The notes under the pieces are model-generated. The model searched no databases. It had not been told where the DNA came from and was given only the letters and a program-made list of their open reading frames with translations. A stretch of DNA of 55,110 bases, from the IMG/VR virus record IMGVR_UViG_3300018476_000016, positions 1 to 55,110 of that record; one strand, given 5' to 3'. Source of the DNA: a virus. Taxonomy: Duplodnaviria; Caudoviricetes. The translations under genes and the position numbers were made by a program. This document shows positions 45,450 through 54,573 of this stretch, piece by piece (position 1 is the stretch's first letter; each line of letters starts with the position of its first letter).

Positions 45450-46880
45450 CTACCCGAGTAGCTTGGACAGGTCGTAGAAGGACTGGTTGAGGCCCAGGTC
45501 GTACTGGCTCGGGTCGGCGATGCGCATCTCACGCTTCTCGCCCAGTATGAGTTGCAGGCAGGCATGGACCATGGCGTCCATGCGGTCCGGGGACTCCCGG
45601 GTCGACTGGGGGTCGTACAGGACCATCTGGTCCTCAAGTTCGGGGAACTCGCCTACCATGTGCAGTCTTCCCTGCTCACCGCGCATGGCGACCGGCTCGG
45701 CCCGCGTCTTCTTGCCGTGGGAGGCGTGGACCGGCTTCATCGGCGGGGTGGTGTTGCGGGGGAAGGTCCCCTGGTCGACCATCTCCAGGTACGCGTCCTG
45801 GAGGACCTCCTGTAGGTACCGCTTGCCGAGGTTCTCCTCATAGGCCAGCATGTCCGCGCCGAACTCTGCCACGGCCCGCCACGCGGCCAGGGCTGCCTGG
45901 CGACCCGACCCGGCGATGGTGCGGTCGGCCAGGACGTACAGGTGCCCGTCGGCTGCGCGGCACGCCACCACGATGCCGGTCTCCGCGTCGTTGCCGGTCA
46001 GGTTGGGGTCCATGCCCACCACGGTGGACACGATGGCGTCGGGAACATCGGTGACCCGGTTCTTGAGGATGTCGGATCGGTTGAACAGGCCACCACCGGA
46101 CAGTTCGATCAACTTGCCGTACAGTTCCTGCTCCCCGAGCAGGGTGCCGTGGTAGCGCTTCTTCAGTTCGTTGAGCACGTGCGCGGACAGGTTCGTGGAG
46201 TTGTCGAACGTGGACCCGGTAATGACATGTACTGTCCCGTCATCACGTGTCAGCCACTCCTGTAGCAACTTGATGGGCTTGGGGGTGGTGGTGACGAACG
46301 CCCGTGGGTGGTCCCCGATGAGGTCGGCACGCAGGGACGGCATCAGCCCCTCGTACCAGGTGGCGTCCGGCTTGACCCACTTGGCGATCTCGTCGCAGAG
46401 GATCCCGGCTGCGTTGTAGCCACGTCCGGTGTCCTCGTCGTCCGCACCCTCCAGGTAGATCTTCTGGCCGTCCGGGAACAGGAACATGGGCCGGGGGGTC
46501 TGCTTGTACCGGTGGTCGATGCGACGACGGATGAGGACGTTGCGGATGCCCGAGGGACCGTCGGCGTTGATGGTCCGGGCGTCGGACAGGGTGTCGGCCA
46601 CCACGAGCCACTCGGTGGGGATCCCGTGCCGGTCGAAGGGGTGCTGCTGGACCCTCTCCACGATCCACTCGGAACCTGACCTTGACTTCCCGGCACCGCG
46701 CCCGGCCATGTACAGGTAGATGAGTTCCGGGCCAGAGGTGGGACGCTGTTCGGGGCGTGCGGTGAACCACCACTCGCCCCGGTTCATCTCCTCGATGACC
46801 TGCTCAGGCAGGGATGCCAGCAACGCAAGCCGCTCCTGGCGTGGCAGGATGGCGATCTGCTGTGCGATGGACAGTCCCAT
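45450..46880 (-). CDS. Terminase large subunit
   Basis: Walker A AGRGAGKS, Walker B LCDE, TTTP, nuclease VGMDP and SPDRMDA. Confidence 0.95.
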   Translation of the reverse strand: MGLSIAQQIAILPRQERLALLASLPEQVIEEMNRGEWWFTARPEQRPTSGPELIYLYMAGRGAGKSRSGSEWIVERVQQHPFDRHGIPTEWLVVADTLSDARTINADGPSGIRNVLIRRRIDHRYKQTPRPMFLFPDGQKIYLEGADDEDTGRGYNAAGILCDEIAKWVKPDATWYEGLMPSLRADLIGDHPRAFVTTTPKPIKLLQEWLTRDDGTVHVITGSTFDNSTNLSAHVLNELKKRYHGTLLGEQELYGKLIELSGGGLFNRSDILKNRVTDVPDAIVSTVVGMDPNLTGNDAETGIVVACRAADGHLYVLADRTIAGSGRQAALAAWRAVAEFGADMLAYEENLGKRYLQEVLQDAYLEMVDQGTFPRNTTPPMKPVHASHGKKTRAEPVAMRGEQGRLHMVGEFPELEDQMVLYDPQSTRESPDRMDAMVHACLQLILGEKREMRIADPSQYDLGLNQSFYDLSKLLG

Positions 46881-46902
46881 GGAAGATCAATGTACTCGAC
46901 CC

Positions 46903-46933
46903 TTGCGGACCGGGGGGAGGGTGTGCTTATAAT
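46903..46933 (+). promoter_or_regulatory. Strong rightward promoter divergent from the terminase
   Basis: TTGCGG-N19-TATAAT. Confidence 0.6.
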
Positions 46934-46939
46934 TGGGGG

Positions 46940-47123
46940 GCCAGGCACCGTCGATGACACGCTCAGCAGCTACGTCACACGGTGGGCCTGGCACCTAACT
47001 TGATACTCGCAGGGCACGACCTTGGGCCTGCACGCTGTTTGCTGATCCCTTCCGGCGTGTTGGCTGATGAGGGGAGCCCTGCGAAGGACCCCCTCGGAGT
47101 TGCCGCTCTGAGGGGGTCCTTTT
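46940..47123 (+). ncRNA. Candidate ~185-nt structured small RNA
   Basis: Promoter, two long stem-loops (46940-46992, 47007-47084), intrinsic terminator; no credible ORF. Confidence 0.6.
47084..47123 (+). terminator. Rho-independent terminator
   Basis: AAGGACCCCCTCGGAG / CTCTGAGGGGGTCCTT followed by TTAT. Confidence 0.8.
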
Positions 47124-47153
47124 ATGTCGGAGGGTAGGGATAGCGTGGTCAAC

Positions 47154-47561
47154 ATGGTGGACAGCGAGACGGACCCGGTCGTCCTGGGGCGCAGTGTCGT
47201 GGTCAACGGAGCCCTGGGGGAGTTGCGCAGCACCCTGAAGTGGTCGTGCAACGCGATGGCTGAGGCCCTGGCCGTGTCACCCATCACCTACGGCAAGTGG
47301 GAGCGGCGCCCAGACACGAGGCTGTGGACTGGGACGGCCAGGCGTGTGGGGGACTTCTACCGCCGTGCCGCCCAGGAATTAGTGGATGTTGAACTCATCG
47401 ATGAGTTTACACCTTTCTATAAGGTGGCCATGTACCTGGGTGTGCCGCAGGAGATGCTGGTCAAGGGCTACCGGCAGGGCCGGTACGAGGGGGAGGACTG
47501 GGGAGTGCTGGGACTGTGGATGCACCGTGACGACCTGGCCGAGTTGACCGGTCGCCGATGA
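47154..47561 (+). CDS. XRE-type HTH DNA-binding protein
   Basis: LR..LKWS...MAEALAVSPITYGKWE; second HTH-like segment VAMYLGVP. Confidence 0.78.
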   Translation: MVDSETDPVVLGRSVVVNGALGELRSTLKWSCNAMAEALAVSPITYGKWERRPDTRLWTGTARRVGDFYRRAAQELVDVELIDEFTPFYKVAMYLGVPQEMLVKGYRQGRYEGEDWGVLGLWMHRDDLAELTGRR

Positions 47562-48400
47562 GCAAGAGACCCCTCACGTGTGTGGCCTGCGGGGAGCCGC
47601 TGGTCCAGTACGACCCGAACGTGTTCGTCCACCCGGCCTGCGACCCGTTCAACGTGGCCGACGAGTCCGAGGCGGACTGGGTCAAGGCCGAGATGACCAA
47701 GATCATCAAGTGGGCGGACTCCCACTCGCCTCGCTCGTTGCAGACCAACCTGGGACCATCCGAGCTTGGCAGTCCCTGCGACCGGCGCCTGGGCTACCGG
47801 ATGGCTGGGACGCCAGAGTGCAACAACAACCGTGACCCGTGGGCGGCGATCGTGGGCACGGCGATCCACAAGTGGTTGGAGGACGCCACCAACCGGTGGT
47901 GCACGGCCCACGCCAACACGGACTGGGTGACGGAGAAGGGCATCGAGATCTCCGAGGTCGTGTCCTCGCACCCGGACCTGTTCAACGTCCCCAAGGGCAT
48001 GGTGATCGACCACAAGAGTGTGAGCGCGGACCGGATGAAGGAGGTCCGCAAGGACGGCCCACCGATCGGCCACCAGGTCCAGGTGCACACGTACGGGTAC
48101 GCGTACGAGAGGCTCGGGTACAAGGTCAACACGGTGGGCCTGGCGTTCTACCCCCGGTCAGGGTGGTTGCGGCACATGTTCGTGTGGACGGCACCGTACG
48201 ACCGGAACGTTGCCGAACGTGCCCTTGCCAGACCTCCCTCCGTTGCGGCACAATTGGTGGGCCTAGGGGTGCTGGACAACCCGCACCGCTGGGAGCAGGT
48301 CCCCGCCGTCCCGGGCAACGACTGCGGGTGGTGTCCGTGGTACAACCCCAACAGGACCGCCGAGCAGGGAGCGAGTGAGCAGGGATGTCCAGGGACATGA
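47558..48400 (+). CDS. Cas4-like/RecB PD-(D/E)xK exonuclease
   Basis: LGPSELG.PC.R, GTAIH, PD...IDHK, QVHTYG, C.WCPW. Confidence 0.88.
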   Translation: MSKRPLTCVACGEPLVQYDPNVFVHPACDPFNVADESEADWVKAEMTKIIKWADSHSPRSLQTNLGPSELGSPCDRRLGYRMAGTPECNNNRDPWAAIVGTAIHKWLEDATNRWCTAHANTDWVTEKGIEISEVVSSHPDLFNVPKGMVIDHKSVSADRMKEVRKDGPPIGHQVQVHTYGYAYERLGYKVNTVGLAFYPRSGWLRHMFVWTAPYDRNVAERALARPPSVAAQLVGLGVLDNPHRWEQVPAVPGNDCGWCPWYNPNRTAEQGASEQGCPGT

Positions 48401-48528
48401 GGTTCGTCTGCAAGGGCTGCGCCAAGGAAGAACATGACGGAAAGCCGGAAGAGTGCCAAGGAGGGACGTGGTGTACGTGTCAGCACAGGTTGCCACGACC
48501 AAGGTCAGGCAACTCGACTACCCCCTGA
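48397..48528 (+). CDS. Small Cys-rich protein
   Basis: MRFVCKGC...C...WCTCQH read from the sequence; ATGA coupling. Confidence 0.55.
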   Translation: MRFVCKGCAKEEHDGKPEECQGGTWCTCQHRLPRPRSGNSTTP

Positions 48529-48950
48529 CCGACAAGGACAGACTGCGCATCCAGGGATACATCCAGAAGCACCCTCACGGATGCTGGATGTGGACCGGTA
48601 CCAAGTGCGCCAAGGGCTACGGGGTAATGAATCTCAGGATGGTCCAGTGGAAAGCCCATCGACTGGTATGCATGATGATGGGGGTGCCCCTTCCTGTCGA
48701 CAAGGTATTGGATCACATCTGCCGGAAAAGGTCGTGCGTCAACCCGGACCACCTACGACCAGTCACCTTGGTCGAGAACGTAATGCTTGGCAATTCCTTC
48801 GCTGCGGTTAATGCACGCAAGAAGCAGTGCCCCAAAGGCCACCCCTACAAGAACAGGGGAGGAATGAGGACCGGACGTTACTGTCCGATCTGCAACAAGC
48901 CGAAGAAGACCAGTGACAGTGACAACGAGCAAGGGAGCAGTGAACAGTGA
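48453..48950 (+). CDS. HNH homing endonuclease
   Basis: GCWMWTG..GYG, AHR, DHIC....CVNPDHL.....EN, CPKGHPY; atypical codon usage; start uncertain. Confidence 0.92.
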   Translation: MPRRDVVYVSAQVATTKVRQLDYPLTDKDRLRIQGYIQKHPHGCWMWTGTKCAKGYGVMNLRMVQWKAHRLVCMMMGVPLPVDKVLDHICRKRSCVNPDHLRPVTLVENVMLGNSFAAVNARKKQCPKGHPYKNRGGMRTGRYCPICNKPKKTSDSDNEQGSSEQ

Positions 48951-49636
48951 GCGACGACTTCATGGGCGGAGGCAGTGCCCCGTCGGTGCCGTTCGAGCAG
49001 GTGGGTGACACGGTGACCGGGATCATCACCAGCCCCCCGGAGAAGCGGGTCCAGACCGACGAGGACGGGAACCCGAAGACGTTCAAGAGTGGCGACGTCA
49101 AGTACATGTGGATGGTCCGCATCCAGACGAGCCTGCGTAACCCTCAGGACCCGTTCGACACGGGCGAGCGTGGGCTGTTCCTGAAGTGGAAGTCCCTCGA
49201 AGCGGTCCAGACTGCGGTCCGGGCGTCGGGGGCGAAGAGCCTCCAGGTCGGTGGCACCCTCACCCTGACCTTGGCCGGGTTCGGTCAGCGGGCCAGCGCC
49301 ATGTACAGCCCGCCGAAGCTGTGGACGGCGCACTACACCCCGGCGCCGGACAACTTCCTCGGCGACCCGCAACCGGCACAGCAGTACGCGCAGCCGCAGT
49401 ACCAGCAGCAGGGGTACGCACCGCAGTACGCGGACCCGCAGCAGTACACGCAGCCGCGTCCCACGCCGTACCCGGACCCGTCACAGCCGACCCCGGCACC
49501 ACGCCCGCAGCCGCAGCCGGTGCCGGTCCAGGCTGGCCCTGACACGCGGACGGTGTTGGAGAAGTTGGCGGCACAGAACCAGGAGTACCCGCGCACGCCC
49601 CCACTGGCGCCGCAGCAGGACACTCCGCCGTTTTAA
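48947..49636 (+). CDS. ssDNA-binding protein-like
   Basis: F...GD.V.G.I N-terminal domain, Q/P/Y-rich linker, DTPPF tail. Confidence 0.65.
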   Translation: MSDDFMGGGSAPSVPFEQVGDTVTGIITSPPEKRVQTDEDGNPKTFKSGDVKYMWMVRIQTSLRNPQDPFDTGERGLFLKWKSLEAVQTAVRASGAKSLQVGGTLTLTLAGFGQRASAMYSPPKLWTAHYTPAPDNFLGDPQPAQQYAQPQYQQQGYAPQYADPQQYTQPRPTPYPDPSQPTPAPRPQPQPVPVQAGPDTRTVLEKLAAQNQEYPRTPPLAPQQDTPPF

Positions 49637-49651
49637 TAGACGGTGGTGAAC

Positions 49652-49689
49652 GTGAGGCCCGGACCGGGGGAGAACGGTCCGGGCCTCAC
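49652..49689 (+). terminator. Hairpin
   Basis: GTGAGGCCCGGACCG / CGGTCCGGGCCTCAC 15-bp stem. Confidence 0.6.
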
Positions 49690-49844
49690 CGCTACGGGGC
49701 GGTCGACACTGGGCCGTTCAGGGTGGATGATGGGGACTCCGGACAGGGACCCCCAAGCCTCCCCGGAAAAGCGAGAGCCCCCCGCGCCAACAGGGGGCAT
49801 CTCAGATGTTCAACTTCAATGGCGATCAACCAGGAAGGGATCTA

Positions 49845-52340
49845 ATGTCAAACGTATCAGATGCCGCCGCGAAATGGCACTCCGCTGGCGTGTCCACCAT
49901 CCCGATCATCCAGGGCGGCTCCAAGAAGCCCCTGGTCCGGTGGGCCGAGTACCAGACCCGCATCCCTGAACTGGGAGAACTCGACCGTTGGTTCGGCAAC
50001 GGCAAGGAGTACGGGCTGGCCGTCATCTGCGGTTCGATCTCCGGGAACCTGGAGATGGTCGAACTGGAGGCTGAGGCCAACAACGGCGCCACCCTGGACC
50101 GCCTGGACGTGGCCATGCGCGAGGCCGGTATCGAGGACCTGTGGACCGAACTGACCGTGGGCCAGTACGCCTACCTGGAGTCCTCGCCGTCGGGTGGACT
50201 GCACATCCTGTACCGGGTCAACGACCACGCGGTGCCGGGGAACACGAAGATAGCGTGGCGCGAGGCGACCGCCGTCGAACTGGCTGTCAACCCGCTGGAG
50301 AGGTTCAAGGTCCTCGTGGAGACCCGTGGTGAGGGCGGTTACGTGATCGTGGCCCCGACCACCGGCCTGTGCCACCCGACCGGCAAGCCGTGGGAACTGG
50401 CCACCGGCACCTACGGTGAGGTCCCGTACATCACGTGGGACCAGCGTGAGGCATTGATGCGGGTGTTCTGTGAGACACTGGACGAGTCTCCTCAGACACC
50501 AGCCCCACTGCCCGATGCGGTCGCTACCTCCCCAGGCCAGCTAGCCCCGCGCAGTGGGGCTGGTCTGTCCCCGGGTGACGAGTTCGAAGCCAGCACCGAC
50601 TGGGCGCAGATCCTGGAGCCGCACGGGTGGCAGTTGGAGTCCCAGCACGGGTTCACCCGCAACTGGACCCGACCGGGCAAGGAGCGCAGGGACGGGGCGT
50701 CGGCGACGACCGGCCGGGCCAGTGACCGGGACCGGTTGTACGTGTTCTCCACGTCCACGCAGTTCCGCTCCGAGACCCCGTACACCAAGTTCGGTGCCTA
50801 CGCCCTGCTCAACCATGGCGGGGACCACTCCGCTGCGGCCAGGACGTTGGCCCGACTCGGGTTCGGCGAGCGTCCCGTAGCAGACATGGACGCGTTCATT
50901 GCCACGTCAACAGTTGCCACCACAACCACTGACGTGGCAGTTGTTGAGCAGTCAACTAGCGTCGCGCCTGAACCCACGTTCACGTTGACGGAACGCGGCA
51001 ACGCGGAGCGTCTGTGGCACCAGGTGAAGGGCCGCTACCACTGGGTTGGCGATGCCAAGGCGTACTACGCGTGGGATGGCAAGGTGTGGGGCGAGGACTC
51101 CTCCGGGGCGATCAACCGTGAGCACCGGGCGATGCTGGACCGGATGACCGCTACAGCCCGGGTCACCAACGACGAGGACCTGGCGAAGTGGACCATCGGC
51201 TCGTGCAGTGAGCGCCGCGAGACGGCAGCCCTGAAGATGATGCGGTCCACTGAGGGTGTGGCCAGGTCGCAACGCGACTTTGACGCCCACAGCGACCTGG
51301 TGAACGTGCGCAACGGGATGCTCAACCTGAGGACTGGGCAACTGTCTGCGCATGACCCGTCGCTGATGATGACTCGCATCCTCGACGCCGAGTACCGTCC
51401 GGGCGCGCAGGCCCCCATGTTCCAGGCGTTCCTGGAGAAGGTGCTACCGGACCCGGAGCTACGGGCGTACGTGCAGCGGTGTGTGGCGTACAGCCTGTAC
51501 GGGCAGCCGAACGAGCGGGCCATCTTCATGGCGTACGGGCCGAAGTCGACGGGCAAGTCGACGTTCATGGAGATCATCGGCCAGGTGCTGGGGTCGTACG
51601 CGGCAACCGCGCCGGCCGGGACGTTCAAGCAGGCCCGCCACGACAAGGGGCCCTCGGCCGACCTTCACATGTTGCGGGGCAAGCGGTTCGTGGCGACGTC
51701 GGAGTCCAGCGACTCCGCGCAGTTCGACGAGGACCTGATCAAGCGGATCACGGGTGGGGACACGCTCACCTCCCGGGCCCTGTACCAGGACCACCAGACG
51801 TGGCGCCCGGAGTGTTCGGTGTGGCTGGCCACCAACTTCCCGCCCCGGTTCAACTCCGACGACGACGCGATCTGGGACCGGGCGAAGCTGATCCCGTTCA
51901 CTACGCAGATCGACGTGACGGACCGGGTGCCCGGACTGTCCAGGCTCATCGTGGAGGGCGAGGCGGCGGGCGTGCTCAACTGGGTCATGGAGGGCATGAC
52001 CGCCTACCTGGCCCACGGGTTGGGTGAGCCGTCCCAGGTGACGCAGGCGGCTGTGGCGCACCGTGACTCGACCGACCCGGTGATCCGGTTCCTGGACGAG
52101 CGAGCGGCGACCGGGGTGGTCGTGGTGGAGGACGGCGCCATCGTCTCACTGAGCAACCTGTACCCGGCATTCAAGGCGTGGTCCGAGGAGAGCGGTGTGC
52201 GGGCCCTGTCGCAGATGCGGTTCCGTGACCGGTTGGCGTCATCGGGTCGCGGGCTGCGGGTGGCTGGGGTCATGGTGAGTGGGGTGCGGATCAACTCCCG
52301 GGCCGGGTTCCTGGGGACCATGATCCCCGACATTGAATGA
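49845..52340 (+). CDS. Primase-polymerase (PrimPol) / D5-type SF3 helicase
   Basis: KKP...W..YQ, SPSGGLH, ETRGEGGYVIVAP; GPKSTGKST, ITGGD.L..R, TNF.P. Confidence 0.92.
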   Translation: MSNVSDAAAKWHSAGVSTIPIIQGGSKKPLVRWAEYQTRIPELGELDRWFGNGKEYGLAVICGSISGNLEMVELEAEANNGATLDRLDVAMREAGIEDLWTELTVGQYAYLESSPSGGLHILYRVNDHAVPGNTKIAWREATAVELAVNPLERFKVLVETRGEGGYVIVAPTTGLCHPTGKPWELATGTYGEVPYITWDQREALMRVFCETLDESPQTPAPLPDAVATSPGQLAPRSGAGLSPGDEFEASTDWAQILEPHGWQLESQHGFTRNWTRPGKERRDGASATTGRASDRDRLYVFSTSTQFRSETPYTKFGAYALLNHGGDHSAAARTLARLGFGERPVADMDAFIATSTVATTTTDVAVVEQSTSVAPEPTFTLTERGNAERLWHQVKGRYHWVGDAKAYYAWDGKVWGEDSSGAINREHRAMLDRMTATARVTNDEDLAKWTIGSCSERRETAALKMMRSTEGVARSQRDFDAHSDLVNVRNGMLNLRTGQLSAHDPSLMMTRILDAEYRPGAQAPMFQAFLEKVLPDPELRAYVQRCVAYSLYGQPNERAIFMAYGPKSTGKSTFMEIIGQVLGSYAATAPAGTFKQARHDKGPSADLHMLRGKRFVATSESSDSAQFDEDLIKRITGGDTLTSRALYQDHQTWRPECSVWLATNFPPRFNSDDDAIWDRAKLIPFTTQIDVTDRVPGLSRLIVEGEAAGVLNWVMEGMTAYLAHGLGEPSQVTQAAVAHRDSTDPVIRFLDERAATGVVVVEDGAIVSLSNLYPAFKAWSEESGVRALSQMRFRDRLASSGRGLRVAGVMVSGVRINSRAGFLGTMIPDIE

Positions 52341-52350
52341 TCTTGTAACT

Positions 52351-52397
52351 ACTACACCGTGAAGATGCTGTTGCGCGTGGCATCTTCACGGTGTAGT
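52351..52397. promoter_or_regulatory. Perfect 18-bp inverted repeat
   Basis: ACTACACCGTGAAGATGC-N11-GCATCTTCACGGTGTAGT. Confidence 0.8.
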
Positions 52398-52456
52398 GTG
52401 GGATCATGCAAGGGGGGAGGGTTCCCCCAGGGATCAACAGAAGGGACCAGTGCTCC

Positions 52457-53308
52457 ATGAAGCTGCGCATAAGCCATGTCCTGGTGCGCAACGAACAGTA
52501 TTTGTCGCCAGGCGACGACCTGGCAGACCTCACCGACTCCATCCGTAAGGACGGCATGAACCTGCCCATCCTGGTGGACGCCGACAACTGTGTCATCGAC
52601 GGCTACCGCAGGCTCCAGGCGGCAATGCTCCTGGGCTGGGAGGAAGTGGAAGTGGTCCAGCCCCTGGACTACGACGAGGTCTGTCGGCACCTGTTCAACG
52701 CCAACGTCGAGTGCACGGATTTCGCCGAGCCGTACACGCCACGCCGGGTGTACGCGGTCATCCGTGGGGTGCAGCCCTACATCGACCAGCGCGTCCACCA
52801 GGCCAAGAAAGCGTACAAGGGGACCCCGCGCAAGGGACCCAAGGTGAAGGTACGGGCCACACCGGTCCGACGGATGTTGCGGGACGCGTTGGGGGTGCCC
52901 TCGGAAGGCTACCTCCAGGCGGTGGTCAGGGTGTTCGACCAGGCAAGACTGCCGGGACCGTACCAGGAACTGGCCAAGCGAGCCCGTGACCAGGTCGTCT
53001 TCGATGGCCGGTCGGTGTACTCGGTGCACAACGAACTCCATGAGCAGATCAAGCAACACGCCAGGATGATCATGGACAAGGAGGGGCAGGCAAGGATCCT
53101 GGCCAACTCGGTCCCCCTGCTGCGCAACATCATCAACGCCCTTGGCCAGGTGGGGGAGATCCACGCTGACGTGGACAGGAGTGACGCGCAGGAGTGGAAG
53201 GGGGCCCTGACGGAGTACCGCAAGGCCCTGCACCTGGCCCAGATGAAGTTGGACCGGCACCTGAACGGCCCGCGCATCAAGAACAGGAACAAGAGCACCG
53301 ACAACTGA
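52457..53308 (+). CDS. ParB/Srx N-terminal domain protein
   Basis: L.DSIRKDGMNLPILVD....IDGYRRL.A...LG. Confidence 0.85.
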   Translation: MKLRISHVLVRNEQYLSPGDDLADLTDSIRKDGMNLPILVDADNCVIDGYRRLQAAMLLGWEEVEVVQPLDYDEVCRHLFNANVECTDFAEPYTPRRVYAVIRGVQPYIDQRVHQAKKAYKGTPRKGPKVKVRATPVRRMLRDALGVPSEGYLQAVVRVFDQARLPGPYQELAKRARDQVVFDGRSVYSVHNELHEQIKQHARMIMDKEGQARILANSVPLLRNIINALGQVGEIHADVDRSDAQEWKGALTEYRKALHLAQMKLDRHLNGPRIKNRNKSTDN

Positions 53309-53332
53309 CAGCCGACTGAGGAGACGCAAGGA

Positions 53333-54139
53333 ATGACGAACACCGAGCAGTACAAGTTCACTGAGGACATCATCGAGGTCGCGAACCTCGGCACGGACCT
53401 GCGGGTCCAGCGGCCACTGAACATGGCCAAGGTCAACAAGATCCTCCACTCGTTCAACCCGTCCGGCATGGGTGTGGTGAGCGTGTCCAAGCGGGACGCC
53501 GTCACGTTCATCATCATCGACGGTCAGCACCGTGTGGAGGCACTGCGGCGTCACACCGACAACGGTGTCGTCCTGTGCCACGTGTACGAGGGCCTCACCA
53601 TCGAGCAGGAAGCCGAACTGTTCCTGCTGCTCAACAACACCACCAAGCCGCGCAGCATCGACAAGTTCATGGTGGAGGTCACCTCTGGGCACCCCGAGGC
53701 GGTCGCCATCGACAACCTCGTCCGCGCCCGGCAGTACCGCATCAGTCACATCGCCGGACCGGCCACCATCAACGCCATCAACTCCCTGCGGGCCATCTAC
53801 AAACTGTCCGTGGAGAAGGAGGCCGACCCGGACCTGATCAGCATGAGCCTGCTCGTGGTCAACCGGGCCTGGGGCATCCAGGAGAGCGCCTCACGGGGCG
53901 TCATCCTGGAGGGCATCGCCCAGCTGTACGGCGAGTACGGCTCCCGGGTCGACACCGAGACCCTGATCCGCAAGCTGATGGAGTTCCCGGGCGGTCCGCA
54001 CGGGCTGTGGGACCAGGCCCACACGTACAGCAAGCTGGACCGGTCCCGGATGCCGATGGCCGTCGCCAAGACGATCGTCGCCGAGTACAACAAGGGACGG
54101 CGGGTCAACACCCTCGAACCGTGGCGTCGTACCCACTGA
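53333..54139 (+). CDS. DUF6551/DGQHR-type ParB-superfamily protein
   Basis: VQRPL, IIDGQHR, EQEAELF..LN. Confidence 0.82.
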   Translation: MTNTEQYKFTEDIIEVANLGTDLRVQRPLNMAKVNKILHSFNPSGMGVVSVSKRDAVTFIIIDGQHRVEALRRHTDNGVVLCHVYEGLTIEQEAELFLLLNNTTKPRSIDKFMVEVTSGHPEAVAIDNLVRARQYRISHIAGPATINAINSLRAIYKLSVEKEADPDLISMSLLVVNRAWGIQESASRGVILEGIAQLYGEYGSRVDTETLIRKLMEFPGGPHGLWDQAHTYSKLDRSRMPMAVAKTIVAEYNKGRRVNTLEPWRRTH

Positions 54140-54152
54140 CCCCACACGCAAT

Positions 54153-54184
54153 GCAGGCCCGGACCGTCGCTGGTCCGGGCCTGC
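54153..54184. terminator. Bidirectional hairpin between convergent genes
   Basis: GCAGGCCCGGACC / GGTCCGGGCCTGC. Confidence 0.7.
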
Positions 54185-54225
54185 CGCGTTTCCCTCAGTT
54201 GCCCCCCTCACGAGGCACCCTGATG

Positions 54226-54573
54226 TTATGTCATCTCGCACTCGGGGCACCACTGCGGTTGCGGCGGCTGGTGTGAGGCGTGCGGTCGCGGGTAGCGCTG
54301 CTTGCCCAACCGCACCCAGTAGTCCCCGCCGACAACCATCCCGTCCCACTGCTGCGGGGCGCCCTGGGCGGCGAGGAAGCACTGCACCATCGCGGGGCAG
54401 TGCTCCAGGCACAGGTGCTTGCCCATCTCGTGCCAGCACAGGTCCGGGCACTTCTCGGTGGCATGGTCGTCCACCCACAGGCCGGGGGCGTAGCGGGCGC
54501 ACGGGACATCACCCGTGACACCAGGCGCAACGCCCTGAGCGCGTTTGTGAGCCTCCAGAATCGCCTTACCCAT
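54226..54573 (-). CDS. WhiB-like transcription factor (divergent)
   Basis: C.....LW ... K.LC...CP...QC ... GMVVGG. Confidence 0.6.
   Translation of the reverse strand: MGKAILEAHKRAQGVAPGVTGDVPCARYAPGLWVDDHATEKCPDLCWHEMGKHLCLEHCPAMVQCFLAAQGAPQQWDGMVVGGDYWVRLGKQRYPRPHASHQPPQPQWCPECEMT

Noticed and set aside
47063-47090. Hammerhead-like CTGATGA...CGAA core
   Set aside because: GAAG instead of GAAA, no convincing stems I and III or cleavage triplet, and the bases are used in a longer stem and the terminator
47558-48400. Cas4-like gene as part of a CRISPR system
   Set aside because: No repeat-spacer array or other cas genes seen; solo Cas4-like nucleases are common in actinophages
49370-49520. 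CAGTAC-containing short repeats
   Set aside because: Explained by the low-complexity Q/Y/P linker of the SSB-like protein
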